NCBI GenBank assembly: GCA_950097015.1
Contig: CATNEN010000038.1
Span: 24,552,001 to 24,616,000, forward strand
Source of the DNA: Macrostomum hystrix
Lineage: Eukaryota > Animalia > Platyhelminthes
Reading direction: 5' to 3'
DNA: 64,000 bases
A model generated the notes under the pieces. The model worked only from the letters and a program-made list of their open reading frames with translations, was not told the DNA's origin and did not search any database. The translations under genes and the position numbers were made by a program. Numbering within the stretch: the stretch's first letter is position 1; each line of letters opens with the position of its first letter. Positions 60,701-64,000 of the stretch are shown here, in pieces.

Positions 60701-62510
60701 GCTGATCCACTGTGCTTCTATTCAACCGCTTTCGACGACTCTAGCCCGGATGGATCTCTGAATTTTCTTAATGTCGCTCTGCAATTTAAGTAAGTAGGCT
60801 TGCAACTGTTACCTGTTTACTGATTGTATCCTATTCCGTTAGGCAAATATTTTTCCCGTTTGTTTGCAAACTATAACGAGGAGGTTCTAGTCTTGTGGTT
60901 AGAGCGTCGGACTCACGACTTCAAGGTCGGGGGTTCGATTCCCGGCTCCACTGGAACGATTTGAGTCCCCAAGAAAGGCACTTAACTCTGCATTTGTTCA
61001 GTTCAGCATGCTTTTTAATGGTTATTTTAAATTTCAGCATTAGCTGGGGTAATTGAGGGTGGTTGTCTCTCCCGCGTCTCATCTCTCCTGTGTCTCTTTA
61101 TCCCCTGTCACCTTTTCTCTGTCTCATCTCTGCCGTGTATCATCTCTCCCGCGTCTCATCTCTCCTGTGTCTCATCTTCCCCTGTCACATTTTCTCTGTC
61201 TCATCTCTCTCATTCGTAGTCCAGTTTTTGGAGCTTCGAAATTCTGATCAAGAGGTAGTCAGATTGTTAGCTATATAATAAGTATCTAATTTGATTAACT
61301 GTATTCTTAATCGATTTCAATGCATTTTCAGGTCGCCTAGTCAACACGCCACAGTGGCATTGGCAGTGGCCAGTGTGTCTTATTTCGTAGCCGTCATCGC
61401 AGTGTGCACATTTGTCATCTTATTCTTGGCTATCCTTCTAGTCTACCTTGCCAAAAGGTCGCCGACTGGAACCTACCATCTAGAAGAGAAAGAGGTAAGC
61501 CTCGGACACAAGCCAAAAGCTGAGGCTAGGGAAGAAAAATTCAAAGAATTCCATAGGCCCGAGTCGACCTCGATACCAATTAGTGGTTACGCCAACTTCG
61601 CTTTCTCAGGTAAGCAGATACGAGTGTATTTATTTAAATCGATTTGGTTCAAAACAGTAAAGCATTCATAATTATAGTTAATATAATTATAATTTATTAC
61701 ACCTGCCCCAATTGGGTCAGATGTGCAGCCGACAGCACAGCCGCAGCTGTTGCGCGGCGCATTTGAAGGCTGCGTACAGCTGTTCAGTCCATGGACTTAA
61801 CGGGGACGCCACACCCACCCTTAATTACCTTAGCTAATGCTGGTGCCTGGGGGTGAGTGGCAGAGCGGTTAGCGCATTTGCCTCTCGCACCGAGGGCCCT
61901 GAGCTCGATTCCGCGGCGAGGCCACATTCATTTGAGGCCCAGCCGCGGAGAGAAGGCTTGGGGGCTTGTCGTGCAATTTACGCCCTTCAGGGCCAACTTC
62001 CGGTGTAAGTGAAAGTGTACACTGCCTGACGATAAGAAATTCAGGACAGATGTACACACCTGTGTGAGTGTGTGCGTGCGTACAGTGCGTATCTATACGG
62101 TGAGTGTGTACTCAGGAGTCAGCGGAATGGGCAGAATTGCCTCCTCGCTGGCTGCGGGTCTAGTGTCACCAAATGATGTGCTATTGTCCGCAGCCCTCCA
62201 GCAATTATTTTTATTTTTATGCTGGTACCTATTTAACATCTACTGAAGCAATACAGAGTTAAGTGTCTTGCTAAAGGTCACAAATTGTTTCTGTAGATTT
62301 TGGGAATCGAAACCCCGACCTTCAAGTCGTAAGCTCAATGCTCTAACAACTTGGCTAAAACTACTAAATCTACAAAAAATAAATTTAGCATGTTCGTGAC
62401 ATTTACTTAAAGTAGCATGTATAAAAATGTATTCAATTGTTAATTTTGCAGCTAGCACTGGTCAAATCAGCTACGCTGCTCTCCAGAGCACAAGAGAATC
62501 CGATCTCTAA
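57710..62510 (+). CDS. Uncharacterised type I membrane protein with Ig-like domains, 6 exons, ~913 aa
   Basis: Exons 57710-57969, 58071-59153, 59276-59599, 60052-60789, 61332-61609, 62452-62510 (phases 2,2,2,2,1; 2742 nt). Signal-peptide-like N-terminus, Ig strands ASLVCP..SGVYRCEA and GETMSYTC, one TM helix, tail ends ISYAALQSTRESDL. Confidence 0.72.
59800..60000 (-). mobile_element. SINE family B degenerate copy (intronic)
   Basis: GGCACATCA..ACACTAGAC and CACAGGTGTGTA..CTTTCTCATCGTCAGGCAGTGTACA match 8024-8160. Confidence 0.7.
60880..61005 (+). mobile_element. SINE family A 5' part (tRNA-like head)
   Basis: TGGTTAGAGCGTCGGAC..GGTTCGATTCCC followed by GGCACTTAACTCTGCATTTGTTCAGTTCA. Confidence 0.65.
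61690..62355 (-). mobile_element. SINE family A copy interrupted by a family B insertion
   Basis: 3' half 61690-61848 and head plus CORE-like part 62219-62355 are joined by the duplicated ATGCTGGTRCCT. Confidence 0.75.
61849..62218 (+). mobile_element. Full-length tRNA-derived SINE family B
   Basis: A-box TGGCAGAGCGG, B-box-like GCTCGATTCC, TTATT tail, 12-bp TSD ATGCTGGTGCCT (61837-61848) / ATGCTGGTACCT (62219-62230). Confidence 0.8.
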
Positions 62511-62974
62511 ATATTGGCCCGTGGACTTGCAAAAAGCTACACCTTGTGTTTGCTTTATGCATGCTATTTTTGCTATTAGGTGTTTTCTGATAAAATTTTG
62601 CAGAAACTATTCGTGTGAAATTTTGACCAAGCATTTATTAATATAATTTTATTTTTAAAGTCCAACGGAATAATTTTCTTCTGCACCATGCGCCAAACAG
62701 ATTTTTTAAGCAAATTCAATTTTATTCCCGGTGCATTTTTATAAGTTTGACACATTCTGCTTAATTAAATTATCAATAAATTTTGCTCCAAGTATTTGTA
62801 AACACTCTCGATATTTTAGACTTTTTCTCCTTACAAATATATAATTTTTTGAATACGCTCGTAGATGTATTTTGTCACTAAAAGTGTGCATGTTAATTGA
62901 CTTAAAAATGATGTCGGATTCAGCGTCACAGTTTTCCTGACCATGAGTTTCTAAAAACGCGCAGAATTCCGTTT

Positions 62975-63218
62975 TAATTGATATTGCGTGTCACGCGGCC
63001 TCGAGTTGCTAAAAATAGAACTGTACAGTGAGACGAAAGAATTCTCGTCTCACTTTGATAACGCAGAATTCCCCTGGCACGTTGGTATCGCGTGATACTC
63101 GACCTCGAGTTACTAAAAATAGAACTGTACAGTGAGACGAAAGAAAGAATAACGCAGAATTCCCCTGGCACGTTGGTATCGCGTGATACTCGACCTCGAG
63201 TTACTAAAAATAGAACTG
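62975..63218. repeat. ~90-105-bp tandem repeat, about 2.5-3 copies
   Basis: CTCGAGTTRCTAAAAATAGAACTG occurs three times; ATAACGCAGAATTCCCCTGGCACGTTGG twice. Confidence 0.8.
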
Positions 63219-63794
63219 AATTAAATACACAAATAATATTATTGTAATATTTCTTGATTTCGCGTGATTTACATCTCAGATCTTTGCATTGTTGACTAGA
63301 ATCTCTTTACAGACAATTGTTCCGTATTAAATGAAACTTATTACATTCACACAGTTTGTTTGTATTTGCAAGTGCTTCACAAAAGCGTTTGTCTGTTTAA
63401 ACTTCACCTTGCTAAATAATTGCGCAAGCATTCCATCAATGTTTCAAATCATATTTTCCATTTTCCATCAAATCAAGTCATCTCTGTCACGCCTGTAACT
63501 TTACATCTTTGTACTTTTGTTTCTTTTTGCGTTTTTAACCCTAAAACCTGCATTGTTTATATTTGAATAAAACTTAAAATTCTTTGCCCCGAAATTCATC
63601 ATAAAAAATAGTTAATTTGTTACGAATTTGTTTTTAATTATCGTAAAAAAATTTTTCGACAGTGGCTGTTAAGCTCTTAACTTGTTTATTTATTTCAAGA
63701 CTGGTAACCCGCCTCCATGGCCTTATATTCTTGTCTGTCTAACGTTAGTAACGCTTGTCTGGACATTATTACTACTTAGATTAGACAATTCAGT

Positions 63795-64000
63795 AGTAGT
63801 AATAATAATAATTGATTGCACCTGCCCCATTTGGGTCAGCTGTGCAGCCGACAGCACAGCCGCAGCTATTGCGTGGCACATTGTAGGCTGCATACAATTG
63901 TAGACTGTCAGGCATTCCAATTGACACGGCTGCCAACCACCCTCAATTACCCCAGCTGATGCAGGCACCAATTAAACAGCTGTATGAACTGAAGCAATGT
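63795..64000 (-). mobile_element. SINE family A copy cut by the window end
   Basis: CACCTGCCCCATTTGGGTCAG..GCAGCCGACAGCACAGCC..GAACTGAAGCAA with a (TAA)n tail. Confidence 0.7.

Noticed and set aside
60880-60955. tRNA gene
   Set aside because: No convincing acceptor stem, and it continues into SINE A body sequence, so it is a SINE head.
62010-62060. CTGACGA..GAAA in SINE B as a hammerhead ribozyme
   Set aside because: Only 3 nt separate the two boxes, so there is no stem II; better explained as a simple hairpin.

Overview
Eukaryotic (metazoan) genomic DNA with GT-AG introns. The many intronic 16-33 bp minisatellites, CAG/polyQ tracts and TTAGGG repeats suggest a Macrostomum-like flatworm (inference only). 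Five host genes were rebuilt by hand with consistent splice phases: Hmx/NK5 homeobox (+), MIOS of GATOR2 (-), TAPT1 (-, first exon uncertain), prolidase PEPD (+) and an uncharacterised ~913-aa Ig-like type I membrane protein (+). An intact 4.6-kb Mag-like Ty3/gypsy element sits inside a MIOS intronic minisatellite. Smaller elements are mariner, IS630/Tc1 and hAT derivatives and two tRNA-derived SINE families. The main find is a 15.3-kb DNA transposon (35063-50369). It has 622-bp apparently identical terminal inverted repeats, long CTAG-rich subterminal arrays and an ATTAGGC target duplication. It carries two convergent spliced genes that the ORF track shows only as fragments: an apparently intact CxC-KDZ (Kyakuja-Dileera-Zisupton) transposase and a separate HMG-box protein with a Gly/Ser/Pro tail encoded by a minisatellite. 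All family calls come from motif recognition; no searches were run. Repeat boundaries are approximate.
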